Made by a program: the position numbers and the translations under genes. The notes under the pieces are model-generated. The model did not search any database and had not been told where the DNA came from. It saw nothing but the letters and a program-made list of their open reading frames with translations. From assembly GCA_047602405.1 (NCBI GenBank), contig JASGHJ010000002.1, forward strand, positions 2,688,001 through 2,752,000: 64,000 nt of DNA, read 5' to 3'. Below are positions 1-9,171 of this stretch, in pieces (position 1 is the first letter of the stretch; every line of letters begins with the position of its first letter). This stretch comes from Anaeromyxobacteraceae bacterium. GTDB taxonomy: Bacteria; Myxococcota; Myxococcia; Myxococcales; Anaeromyxobacteraceae.

Positions 1-36
1 GGTAAAGGTCCCTGGACACCCCGGAGGTCCTCCAGC

Positions 37-3000
37 ATGGCTCGCCTCTCCCGCCTCGCCGCCCCCGCGGCGCTCGCGCTGCTCGCCGCGTGCTCGCCCG
101 ACTCCGGCACGAAGCCCGGCCCCGAGGCCGACCGCACGGCGCCGACCACGCCGCAGGGGCTCACCGCGCAGGCGCCGACCCCGAACCGGGTGGTGACGAC
201 CTGGACACCCTCGACGGACGCGGCGAGCGGGGTGGGCGGCTACCTCGTCTTCCGGGACGGCGCGCTCGTGGCGACGACCGCGGTCACCACCTACCAGGAC
301 GACGGGCTCACCCCCGCGACGGCCTACCAGTACACCGTGAAGGCGTTCGACCAGGCGGTGCCGCCCAACACCTCGGCCGCGTCGGCGCCGGCGGACGTGA
401 CGACGCCGCCCCTGCCCGACACGACGCCGCCCTCGGTGCCGCAGGACGTCGTCGCGGTGGCGGCGTCCCACGCGAAGGTGAACGTCACGTGGTCGCCCTC
501 CACCGACACCGGGGGCGCGGGGCTCGCCGGCTACGAGGTCCGGCGGGACGGGGCGCTCGTCGCGACCGTCGGCCCGGGCGCGGTGAGCTGGGCGGACCTC
601 ACCGTCCAGCCCGCCACGACCTACGCGTACACCGTGCGCGCATTCGACGCCGCGGCGCCCGCGAACGCCTCGGCCGACTCGATCGCGGCCGGCGTGACCA
701 CGCCGGCGGCGCCGGACCTGACCCCGCCGACCGTGCCGGCCGACCTCCTCGCCCACGCGAGCGCGCCCACCCGGATCCTCGTGACCTGGACGGCGTCCAC
801 CGACGCGGGCGGCGCGGGCCTCGACGGCTACGAGCTGCGCCGGGACGGCGCCCTCGTCGCGACGCTCGGCGCCGGCGCGGTGAGCTACGAGGACCTCGAG
901 GTCCAGCCCGCCACGACCTACGTCTACCGGCTCCGCGCCTTCGACGCGGCGCTGCCGCGGAACGTGTCCGCCGACTCCGCGCCCGCGAGCGCCACCACCC
1001 CCGCGGTGCCGGACACGACGCCGCCGACGGTCCCGCAGGACGTCGTCGCGACCGCCACCTCGCACGCGCGCGTGGTCGTGACCTGGGCGGCCTCCACCGA
1101 CGCGGGCGCAGGGCTCGGCGGCTACGAGGTGACCCGCGGCGACGGCGTGAAGACCACCCTCGGCCCCGGCGTCACGTCCCACGAGGACCTCGGCGTCCTT
1201 CCCCAGACGGCCTACACCTACGTCGTCCGCGCGTTCGACCTCGCCGCGCCGGCCAACGTCTCCGCCCCCTCCTCGCCGCCGGCGAGCGTCACCACCCCGG
1301 CCGCCCCCGATCTCACGCCGCCCTCCGTGCCCTCGAGCGTGGTCGCGACCGCGCTCTCCCCGACGCGGGTCGTGGTGAGCTGGAGCGCCTCGACCGATCC
1401 CTCCGGCGTCGCGTCGTACGACGTCCGGCGCGACGGGGTGGTGGTGGGCTCGGTCTCCGCCCCCGCCGCGAGCTACCAGGACGACACCGTCGCCCCGGCC
1501 ACGACCTACGCGTACGCCGTCCGCGCGGTGGACGCCTCGCCCGCCGCGAACGCGTCCGCCTACTCCTCGCCCGCGGCGGGCGTCACGACGCCCGCGGCGA
1601 CCTCGCCGACCGGCCTCGACACCCGGCCGTCGAACACGACCTGCCTCGCCCCGGCCCGGCCGACGCCCTCGACCGGCCTCGACCGCACCGACGCCTACCC
1701 GGGCGCGCCGGCCTTCGCGTTCCCCGTGAAGGCCCTGCAGGCGCCGGGCGACGGCTCCCGCTGGTTCGTCGTCGAGCAGGGCGGCAAGGTCTGGTCCTTC
1801 CCGAACTCGCCCTCGGCCACCACCCGGACCCTCTTCGCCGACGTCAGCGACCGGGTCGTGTGGGGCGGCGAGCTCGGGCTCCTCGGGATGGCCTTCCACC
1901 CGCAGTGGCCGGCCGTACCGGACGTGTTCCTGCTCTACACGCGGGCGAACCCGTACCGCACCTTCCTCTCGAGGTTCCACACCTCGGACGGCGGCCTCTC
2001 CATCGACTCCTCCGCCGCGGGCGAGCAGCCGGTCCTCGTCGTCGACCAGCCGAGCGACACCCACAAGGCGGGCGACCTCGCCTTCGGCCCGGACGGCTAC
2101 CTCTACGCGTCGCTCGGCGACGGCGGCGGCGAGTTCGACACCTACGGCAACGGCCAGAACCTCGGCACGCACCTCGCGAAGGTCCTGCGCCTCGACGTGA
2201 CCGGCACCGGCGCCGGCTACGCGATCCCCGCCGACAACCCGTTCGCCGGCCCGGGGGTGGCAGAGTGCCCGTCGGCGGGCCGCTCCGCCGCGCAGCCCTG
2301 CCCGGAGATCTACGCGTTCGGGTTCCGCAACCCGTGGCGCTTCTCCTTCGACCGGGCGACCGGCGACCTGTGGACCGGCGACGTGGGGGAGAACAGCTGG
2401 GAGGAGGTCGACCTCGTCGAGAAGGGCCAGAACTACGGCTGGCCGGTGCGGGAGGGCATGCACTGCGGGCGGGACTACCCCGCGTGCCCGTCGCCGGGCA
2501 CGATGCTGAACGGGGGCCTCCTCACCGATCCGGAGGCGGAGTTCGCCCACGTCCTCCCGGGCCCGTACGCCGTCACCGGCGGCCACGTCTACCGGGGCTC
2601 GAAGATCCCCGCCCTCGCGGGCCGCTACGTCTTCGCCGACTTCGGCAACGGCGACGTGTACGCGCACGATCCGGGCGTGGCGGGCTCGAACACCTACCTC
2701 TTCCACGCGGGCTTCGCGATCTCCGCCATGGCCGAGGACACGGCGGGCGAGCTCTACCTCCTCGACTTCGGCGCGGGGCGGCTCTACCGCATCGACCCCA
2801 TCGGCCAGGGCGTCGACACGGTGCCCGCCGACCTCGCCCTGGCGTGCCCGAGCGCGGTCGACCCCGACGGCCCCGGCTCGGTGCTCGTGCCCTACGCCCT
2901 CGAGGCGCCGTTCTGGTCGGACGGCGCCGTGAAGCAGCGCTGGATCGCGATGCCCGACGGGACCCAGGCCACCGTCACCGCCACGAACGATCTCGACTTC

Positions 3001-3720
3001 CCGGTCGGCACGGTGCTCGTGAAGCAGTTCGCGCTCGGCGGGAAGAAGGTCGAGACCCGGCTCCTCATGCGCCACACCGACGGCGCGTGGGCGGGGTACA
3101 GCTACGAGTGGAACGACGCCGGGACCGCCGCGACGAAGGTCGTGGGTGGCAAGGAGAAGGCGCTGCCCGGCCAGACCTGGGTCTACCCGAGCGAGCAGCA
3201 GTGCCTCCAGTGTCACACCGCGGCGGCGGGCCGGAGCCTCGGCCTCGAGCTCCCGCAGCAGAACGGGCTCTTCACCTACCCGAGCACCGGCCGGACCGCG
3301 AACCAGCTCGACACGCTCGCGCACCTCGGGATGGTGACCCTCCCGCAGCCGCCCGCGAACCTGCCCGCGTACCCCGAGCCGTTCGGGACCGCCCCGGTCG
3401 CGGAGCGCGCCCGCGCCTACCTGCACTCGAACTGCTCCCACTGCCACCAGCCCGGCGGCCCGACGCCCTCCACGATGGACCTGCGCTACTCGACCCTGCT
3501 GAAGGACACGAGGACATGCGGGCTCGCGCCGTCGATCGGCGACCTCGGCATCCCGAACGCGAAGCTCGTCGCGCCCGGCTCGCCGTCGACCTCGATCGTG
3601 CTCGAGCGCATGAAGCGCCTCGACGGCCACCGCATGCCGCCGATCGGGCGGCTCGTGGTGGACCAGCAGGGCGTGCAGGTGGTGACGCAGTGGATCCAGG
3701 GGCTGCAGGCCTGCCCGTGA
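37..3720 (+). CDS. Lipoprotein: 5 fibronectin type III repeats + PQQ-dependent glucose/sorbosone dehydrogenase beta-propeller + C-terminal di-heme c-type cytochrome domain
   Basis: GGAGG RBS; lipobox LAAC; five D-x-T-P-P-x-x-P...W...Y-x-V-x-R-D-G...Y-x-Y-x-V-x-A-x-D repeats; GSDH motifs GELGLLGMAFHP, FGPDGYLY, GFRNPWRFSFD; two heme motifs CLQCH and CSHCH. Confidence 0.85.
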   Translation: MARLSRLAAPAALALLAACSPDSGTKPGPEADRTAPTTPQGLTAQAPTPNRVVTTWTPSTDAASGVGGYLVFRDGALVATTAVTTYQDDGLTPATAYQYTVKAFDQAVPPNTSAASAPADVTTPPLPDTTPPSVPQDVVAVAASHAKVNVTWSPSTDTGGAGLAGYEVRRDGALVATVGPGAVSWADLTVQPATTYAYTVRAFDAAAPANASADSIAAGVTTPAAPDLTPPTVPADLLAHASAPTRILVTWTASTDAGGAGLDGYELRRDGALVATLGAGAVSYEDLEVQPATTYVYRLRAFDAALPRNVSADSAPASATTPAVPDTTPPTVPQDVVATATSHARVVVTWAASTDAGAGLGGYEVTRGDGVKTTLGPGVTSHEDLGVLPQTAYTYVVRAFDLAAPANVSAPSSPPASVTTPAAPDLTPPSVPSSVVATALSPTRVVVSWSASTDPSGVASYDVRRDGVVVGSVSAPAASYQDDTVAPATTYAYAVRAVDASPAANASAYSSPAAGVTTPAATSPTGLDTRPSNTTCLAPARPTPSTGLDRTDAYPGAPAFAFPVKALQAPGDGSRWFVVEQGGKVWSFPNSPSATTRTLFADVSDRVVWGGELGLLGMAFHPQWPAVPDVFLLYTRANPYRTFLSRFHTSDGGLSIDSSAAGEQPVLVVDQPSDTHKAGDLAFGPDGYLYASLGDGGGEFDTYGNGQNLGTHLAKVLRLDVTGTGAGYAIPADNPFAGPGVAECPSAGRSAAQPCPEIYAFGFRNPWRFSFDRATGDLWTGDVGENSWEEVDLVEKGQNYGWPVREGMHCGRDYPACPSPGTMLNGGLLTDPEAEFAHVLPGPYAVTGGHVYRGSKIPALAGRYVFADFGNGDVYAHDPGVAGSNTYLFHAGFAISAMAEDTAGELYLLDFGAGRLYRIDPIGQGVDTVPADLALACPSAVDPDGPGSVLVPYALEAPFWSDGAVKQRWIAMPDGTQATVTATNDLDFPVGTVLVKQFALGGKKVETRLLMRHTDGAWAGYSYEWNDAGTAATKVVGGKEKALPGQTWVYPSEQQCLQCHTAAAGRSLGLELPQQNGLFTYPSTGRTANQLDTLAHLGMVTLPQPPANLPAYPEPFGTAPVAERARAYLHSNCSHCHQPGGPTPSTMDLRYSTLLKDTRTCGLAPSIGDLGIPNAKLVAPGSPSTSIVLERMKRLDGHRMPPIGRLVVDQQGVQVVTQWIQGLQACP

Positions 3721-3730
3721 GCGCCGGGAT

Positions 3731-3763
3731 CCGTTCGTCCTGAGCGTGTCGAAGGACGAACGG
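3731..3763. repeat. REP-like hairpin between convergent genes
   Basis: 11-bp inverted repeat CCGTTCGTCCT/AGGACGAACGG around GAGCGTGTCGA. Confidence 0.6.
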
Positions 3764-3808
3764 CCCGGGCGGCCGGCCTGCTACCGCGCCGCTCCGGCTG
3801 CCCCGCCG

Positions 3809-4249
3809 TCAGCCCTTCGCCCACTCGAGGAGCGCGACCGCAGCGCGCCGGTCGACCTCCGCGCAGAACGCCGCGTGGCCCGCCGGGCAGCGCTCGCGCG
3901 CGTTCCGCTGGATGGCCTCGAGCTGCTGCGGCGAGAGGTAGGCGTCGACGTGCCGGAGGAGGAGCTCGCGGAAGCCGCGATCCGTGAGCAGCTTCCCCGC
4001 CCTCCCCTCGAGCTCGCGCCAGCGCTTCTCGAGGACCGCCCCGATCGCGTCGCCGAACGCCTCGGCCACGTAGCCATCGTCGCACCCGCCGTGGGTGCGG
4101 TGGACGCGGTGAAGCGCCTTCCAGGAGAGGTCCTCGCGGTGGAGCTGCCGATAGGCGGCCTCGCCCTCACCGGGCCCGCACCTGACCACGTGCCTCGGCC
4201 CGGCCACGGCGGGCCCGGCGAGGAGCAAGGAGAGCACGGCAACCAGCAC
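3809..4249 (-). CDS. Hypothetical secreted protein (4 Cys)
   Basis: Hydrophobic N-terminal signal-like segment; high-GC codon bias. Confidence 0.55.
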   Translation of the reverse strand: MLVAVLSLLLAGPAVAGPRHVVRCGPGEGEAAYRQLHREDLSWKALHRVHRTHGGCDDGYVAEAFGDAIGAVLEKRWRELEGRAGKLLTDRGFRELLLRHVDAYLSPQQLEAIQRNARERCPAGHAAFCAEVDRRAAVALLEWAKG

Positions 4250-4264
4250 TTCGCGATGCTATCG

Positions 4265-4381
4265 CGTCCCTGCCCCTGCCGCTGCCGCTACCCCTGCCGC
4301 TTCCGCTGCACTGCCGCTTCCGCTGCTCCCGCTCCCGCTCCTGTTCCTGCTCCTGTTCCTGCTCCAGCTCCTGATCCCGCC
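4265..4381. repeat. Low-complexity 6-nt-period repeat tract
   Basis: Runs such as (CCGCTG), (CCGCTC), (CCTGCT/CCTGTT)n in an intergenic region. Confidence 0.6.
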
Positions 4382-6166
4382 CTACTCCGTCGTCTCGCAG
4401 CTCGCCCAGCCGCAGCGGCTGCAGGTCCGGCACCCGCCCGCGAGCACGAGCTCGCCCTGGCACTGCGGGCACTCCCCCGAGCGCACCGCCCCGCCGGTCA
4501 GCACCTGCTGCTCGCGCGAGCCGTCGCGGTACACGGTGATGCCCTTGCAGCCGAGCTCGAACGCGAGCCGGTACGCGTTCGCCACGTCCTCGGCGGTCGC
4601 GCCGCGCGGCAGGTTGATGGTCTTCGAGACGCCGTTGTCCACGTGCCGCTGGAAGGCCGCCTGCATCCGCACGTGGGCCTCGGGGGCCACGTCGTGCGCG
4701 GTGGCGAAGACGCGGCCGACGGCCTCCGGCACGCCGGCGACGCCGCGCGCCCGGCCGAGCGCCCGCACCTCCGCGAGGGCGCCCTCGGCGCCCGCGGCCC
4801 GGAGGGCGGCGGCGAGCGCGGGGTGCTCCTCCCTCAGCTCGGAGTCCCCGAGCGCCCGCCGGAGGTAGGTCAGCGCGAACAGCGGCTCGATGCCGGACGA
4901 GCACCCGGCGATGAGGGAGAGCGTCCCGGTCGGCGCGATGGTCGTCACGGTCGCGTTCCGGCGCGGCGGGACGCCCTTCGCGGCGAGCGCGCTCGTCGCC
5001 CATCCGGGGAACGGGCCCCGCTCCCGGGCGAGCGCCTCGGAGGCCGCGTGGGCGGTCCGCTGCACGAGCCCCATCACCTCGTCGGCGAGCGCGAGCGCGG
5101 CGGGTGCGTCGTACGCGAGCCCGAGCGCGACGCACAGGTCCGCGAAGCCCATCACCCCGAGGCCGATCTTCCGGTTGCGCCCGGTGATCGCCGCGATCTG
5201 CGGCAGCGGCCACGCGTTCACGTCGAGCACGTCGTCGAGGAAGCGCACCCCGTCCCGCACGCAGGCCGCGAGGGCGTCGTGGTCGACCCGGCCGCCGCGC
5301 ACGAAGCGCGCGAGGTTCACCGAGCCGAGCGTGCACGCCTCGAAGCCGAGCAGCGGCTGCTCGCCGCACGGGTTCACCGCCTCGAACCGGCCCGCGTCGG
5401 GCGTCGGGTTCGCGGCCTCGACGCGGTCGAGGAACACGAGCCCGGGCTCGCCCGACTGCCAGGCGGCCTGTGCGATGCGCTCGAGCAGCCCCTCGGCGTC
5501 GACCGTGCGCACCGTCGCCCCGGAGCGCGGGTGGACGAGCGGCCAGGCCTCCCCCCGGAACGCGGCCGCGAAGAGCGCGTCCGGCACCGCCACGGAGAGG
5601 TTGAAGTTCTCGAGCCCGGCCCCGCGCTTCACGTCGACGAACGCCTCCACGTCGGGGTGGGCGGCGGAGAGCACGGCCATGTTGGCGCCCCGCCGCACGC
5701 CGCCCTGCTTGATGATCTCGGTCGCCGCGTCGTAGACGCGCATGAACGAGAGCGGCCCGGAGGCGACGCCGTGGGTGGTGCGCACCACGTCGCCGGCCGG
5801 CCGGAGGCGCGAGAAGGAGAACCCGGTGCCGCCGCCCGACTGGTGGATGAGCGCGGCCCACTTGAGCGCGTCGAAGATCGCGCCGAGGTCGTCGTCCACC
5901 GGCAGGACGAAGCAGGCGGCGAGCTGGCCGTGCGCCCGGCCGGCGTTCATGAGCGTGGGCGAGTTGGGGAGGAACTCGAGCGCGTCCATCCGGGCGAGGA
6001 ACCGCTCCGCCCAGCGCCCGCGCTCGCCCTCCGGCTCGGCCGCCGCGACGCCGCGGGCCACGCGGCGGAACATCTCCTCGGGCGTCTCGGTCACCCGGCC
6101 CTCGTCGTCGCGCAGGAGGTACCTGCGCTCGAGCACGTGCCGGGCGTTCTCGGTGAGGGCGGCCAT
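4382..6166 (-). CDS. nrdJ: Class II (adenosylcobalamin-dependent) ribonucleotide reductase with C-terminal zinc ribbon
   Basis: FLPNSPTLMNAG, LAACFVLP, GGGTGFSFS, GGVRRGANM, active-site NPCGEQ, TIAPTGTLS, CKGITVYRDGSR; tail CPQC...CRTCSRCG. Start taken at ATG 6166. Confidence 0.92.
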   Translation of the reverse strand: MAALTENARHVLERRYLLRDDEGRVTETPEEMFRRVARGVAAAEPEGERGRWAERFLARMDALEFLPNSPTLMNAGRAHGQLAACFVLPVDDDLGAIFDALKWAALIHQSGGGTGFSFSRLRPAGDVVRTTHGVASGPLSFMRVYDAATEIIKQGGVRRGANMAVLSAAHPDVEAFVDVKRGAGLENFNLSVAVPDALFAAAFRGEAWPLVHPRSGATVRTVDAEGLLERIAQAAWQSGEPGLVFLDRVEAANPTPDAGRFEAVNPCGEQPLLGFEACTLGSVNLARFVRGGRVDHDALAACVRDGVRFLDDVLDVNAWPLPQIAAITGRNRKIGLGVMGFADLCVALGLAYDAPAALALADEVMGLVQRTAHAASEALARERGPFPGWATSALAAKGVPPRRNATVTTIAPTGTLSLIAGCSSGIEPLFALTYLRRALGDSELREEHPALAAALRAAGAEGALAEVRALGRARGVAGVPEAVGRVFATAHDVAPEAHVRMQAAFQRHVDNGVSKTINLPRGATAEDVANAYRLAFELGCKGITVYRDGSREQQVLTGGAVRSGECPQCQGELVLAGGCRTCSRCGWASCETTE

Positions 6167-6288
6167 GGAGGATCTAGCGCCCCGGCGGGCGCACCGCCGG
6201 TGCGACGGCGCGCCGGCCCCGGGCGCGGTTGCCCCACCCCGGGCCGTGCCCACCTTCCCAGGCATTCCTCGACAACCAGGAGGCGACC

Positions 6289-6486
6289 ATGGCGGAACGC
6301 GATCCCCACGGCAGGGACCGGCGCGCGAACGCGGGCGGGCAGATGACGGTGCGCGAGGCGGGGCGCAAGGGCGGAGAGGCCCGCAAGGAGCAGCTCGGCT
6401 CGCGCGGGTACTCGGAGCTGGGCCAGAAGGGGGGCCAGCGGGTCCGCGAGCTCATCGAGGAGGCGAAGCACGCCGAGCGGAAGTGA
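6289..6486 (+). CDS. KGG-repeat general stress protein (GsiB/YciG/Em-like)
   Basis: [19 protein letters not shown]...YSELGQKGG repeats. Confidence 0.8.
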   Translation: MAERDPHGRDRRANAGGQMTVREAGRKGGEARKEQLGSRGYSELGQKGGQRVRELIEEAKHAERK

Positions 6487-6570
6487 GGCCTCGCCCGGCG
6501 GGCGCGGCGGGTAGGTGCGGCGCGCAGGTGGGGACCTTGCCCGCGCGGCGGGCGTCTGCGAAGAAAGGGC

Positions 6571-7272
6571 ATGCCCCGCCACGCCCTCCTCCTCGCCGCC
6601 GCGCTCGGCCTCCTCGCCTGCACGCCCGCCGCCGTGATCCCGGACGGCGAGCGGGACCGCGTGGCGAAGGTGCTCGACGGCGCCACCCGCCACCTGCGCG
6701 TGGCGGCGTACGTGTCCCCGTTCTACGGCGACGCCGCGCGGGCGCTCCTGTCCGACCAGCCGCCGGCCGAGCTCGACCTCGTCCGGACGCCGGGCGGCGA
6801 CGCCGTGAAGGCGCCCTCACCGGAGCGCGTGCTCGCGCCCGGCACGGCCGTGCGCGTCCGGGAGGTGCAGTTCCCGACCGGCTGGACGATCGCGAAGCGG
6901 GTCGTCATGTCCCCCCGGTACCACCCGTGGGCGATCCTGGACCTCGCCGGCGAGCCGCGGCCGCTCGTGCTCGTGCTCTCGCAGACGGCGGTCACCTACG
7001 ACGACGTCCGCGGCGAGCTCGAGCGCGTGCTCGCGGTCGACGACCCCGGCGTGTTCTACCGGCAGCTCCCGGAGGAGCAGCGCAACGCGGTCTTCAGGAA
7101 GGAGCTCCTCGAGGGCATGAGCACCCGCGCCGTCGAGATGGCGTGGGGACTCCCCGAGCGGAAGAAGATCGACCGCCCGGCGAACACCGAGGAGTGGACG
7201 TGGCCCGGCGGGCGCCGGACGGCGTTCTTCGAGGAGGACCGGCTGGTGCGCTGGGAGAAGAAGCGGCCGTAG
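6571..7272 (+). CDS. Hypothetical lipoprotein
   Basis: Lipobox LLAC; C-terminal GMS..V..AWG.P...EEWTW segment resembling the BamE/SmpA-like fold. Confidence 0.7.
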   Translation: MPRHALLLAAALGLLACTPAAVIPDGERDRVAKVLDGATRHLRVAAYVSPFYGDAARALLSDQPPAELDLVRTPGGDAVKAPSPERVLAPGTAVRVREVQFPTGWTIAKRVVMSPRYHPWAILDLAGEPRPLVLVLSQTAVTYDDVRGELERVLAVDDPGVFYRQLPEEQRNAVFRKELLEGMSTRAVEMAWGLPERKKIDRPANTEEWTWPGGRRTAFFEEDRLVRWEKKRP

Positions 7273-7277
7273 CCGCC

Positions 7278-8069
7278 TTAGAACCGATCCCGCCCGCGCC
7301 CGCCGCCGCCGCGGCGCGGTCCGCCCCGGTCGCCGCCGCGCCCGCCGCCCCGGCCGCCGCCGTGACCGCCGCGCCGGTCGCCGCGATCCCGGCCGCCCCG
7401 GTCGTCGCGGCCCCGGTCGCGCCCCGTGTCGCCGGTGGGCGTGACCCCGATCGCGACGGCGTACACCGAGCCCGCGCGGAGCTGCGCGACGAGGTCCGCC
7501 TCGGTCCGCACCGGCTCCCTGAAGAGCGTGGCGGCCTTGCCGATCTCGGCGGCCTCGTGGGCCCCGGACGCGCCGATGCAGGGCAGGTTGAGGTGATCGG
7601 CCGCCTCGACCGCGAGGTCGTTCGCCGGCCCCTTGCGGCGCGCGTTCAGCCCCTCGATGGCCGCGAGGCCGTCGAGCGTGAACACGAAGTCGCCGCTCGG
7701 GCGCTCGATGGTCTTGTCGTACGGGTGCGCCGCGACGGCCACGCCGCCGAGCTCCTTCACCTTCGCGAGCACGTCGCGCACCGGCCAGGGCGTCGCCGAG
7801 CCGAAGACCTGCGGCGGCGCGGGCACCTTCGCGGGATCGGGGAAGAAGCAGAGGTAGTGGCCGTGGTCGGTCGCGACCTCGACGCCGCACAGGGCGAGCA
7901 GCCCCTCCGCCGCGCCGGCGGCGCGGATCTCCTCGAGGCCGTCGAGCGTGTTGAGGTCGGTGACGGCGATGCCGTCGAGGCCGGCCTCCTTGGCGCGACG
8001 GACGGCGTCGCGCGGCGCGAGGCTGCAGCCGCGGGTGTGGTGGCTGTGCACGTGCAGGTCGATGAGCAT
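7278..8069 (-). CDS. PHP-domain protein with RG/RGG-rich C-terminal tail
   Basis: MLIDLHVHS, GLDGIAVTD, GVEV, AAHP motifs. Confidence 0.8.
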   Translation of the reverse strand: MLIDLHVHSHHTRGCSLAPRDAVRRAKEAGLDGIAVTDLNTLDGLEEIRAAGAAEGLLALCGVEVATDHGHYLCFFPDPAKVPAPPQVFGSATPWPVRDVLAKVKELGGVAVAAHPYDKTIERPSGDFVFTLDGLAAIEGLNARRKGPANDLAVEAADHLNLPCIGASGAHEAAEIGKAATLFREPVRTEADLVAQLRAGSVYAVAIGVTPTGDTGRDRGRDDRGGRDRGDRRGGHGGGRGGGRGGDRGGPRRGGGGRGRDRF

Positions 8070-8217
8070 GCCCCGCTCCCCTCGTGGACGGACGGTCCCG
8101 GACCGGGCCGTGAGTAGCATGGACCCAACGTCCCGGGGAAGCGCGCTGCGCGGCACCGCGGTGGCGGCGGCCGGCCGCTGCGCCTCCTCGGCCTGCGCGC
8201 CGGACCCCGGGTGGGCC

Positions 8218-8469
8218 TCAGGCCCGGGCGACGAGCTCCCGCGGGGAGCGCTCCTCGGCCGCGCGGATGAGATAGCCCATCAGCATGAGGCTCGAGGTGT
8301 TCTCGAGGACCTTCTCCGGGCTCCGGGCGATGAGCGAGGCCGAGTAGTGCAGGAAGAACTGCGCGAGCTCCTCCCCGGCCTCGCGGAGGATGAGCGCGTT
8401 GAGCTCGGACGGCTCCATGGTCCGGATCCGGTCGATGAACCCGAGGGCGAACCCCTTCTTCGCAGCCAT
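8218..8469 (-). CDS. Small hypothetical protein
   Basis: GGAG RBS before ATG 8469; typical codon bias and non-low-complexity sequence. Confidence 0.6.
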   Translation of the reverse strand: MAAKKGFALGFIDRIRTMEPSELNALILREAGEELAQFFLHYSASLIARSPEKVLENTSSLMLMGYLIRAAEERSPRELVARA

Positions 8470-8636
8470 CCCCGCTCCTCCGAGCACGACGCGCGCCCGC
8501 CCCGAAATCTAGGGGCGGCCGGTCCGCCGCGGCATCGGGCCCGGGGGGCGGCCCCGGGGGGCCTGCACCGTGGGCAGGCGCACCGGCGGGGGGAGAAAAC
8601 CTCCAGCCGGCATCGGGTGTTATCGCGGCCCGTTTG

Positions 8637-8666
8637 TTGACGCTCCCGGCGGGGCTCGGCCATACT
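8637..8666 (+). promoter_or_regulatory. Possible sigma70-type promoter
   Basis: TTGACG-18 nt-CATACT upstream of ORF 8717. Confidence 0.35.
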
Positions 8667-8716
8667 TCCGGGGGTTTTCAGGCGAGGGAGGCGGCGACGT
8701 GAGCGAGGGGAGCCCG

Positions 8717-8908
8717 ATGGACTTCACCGGCGTGAAGGTGTTCTCCGCCACGAAGGCGAAGGAGCGCGAGGAGCTCGGCGAGACCATCACCCGCTGGATC
8801 CGCGCGAACGCCGACCTCCAGATCGTGGACCGGGTGGTGACCCAGTCGTCCGACGACGAGTTCCACTGCCTCACGATCACGATCTTCTACAAGGAGCGGC
8901 CGCGCTAG
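8717..8908 (+). CDS. Small hypothetical protein (63 aa)
   Basis: GAGGGGAG RBS; MDFTGVKVFSATKAKERE...QSSDDEFHCLTITIFY; strong GC3 bias. Confidence 0.7.
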   Translation: MDFTGVKVFSATKAKEREELGETITRWIRANADLQIVDRVVTQSSDDEFHCLTITIFYKERPR

Positions 8909-9081
8909 CTCCGGGGCGGCTCGCCCGGGCCAGGCGTGTCCTTCGGGGGCGCCTCGCCGTTCGCGGCCTGCTTGAAGTTGCGCATGGCCTTGCCGATCCC
9001 GGCGCCGAGCCCCGGCAGCTTCTGCGCCCCGAAGAGCACCACCACGATCAGCAGGACCAGCAGGAACTCGAAGAATCCCAT
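8905..9081 (-). CDS. tatA: Twin-arginine translocase subunit TatA/E
   Basis: MGFFEFLLVLLIVVVLFGAQKLPGLGAGIGKAMRNFK (TM helix, FG hinge, amphipathic helix). Confidence 0.88.
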   Translation of the reverse strand: MGFFEFLLVLLIVVVLFGAQKLPGLGAGIGKAMRNFKQAANGEAPPKDTPGPGEPPRS

Positions 9082-9171
9082 CGCAGCCTCCGCGCCTCGC
9101 CGGAGCCTCTTACACTCGATCGGGGTCACGACGCCAGCGCACGCGGCGGCGATTCGCGGTAGGAGTGGCTC

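Noticed and set aside
90..3743. Many long Arg/Pro/Ala-rich alternative-frame and antisense ORFs (this one and others across the window)
   Set aside because: Expected shadow ORFs in very GC-rich DNA; no motifs, and they overlap well-supported genes.
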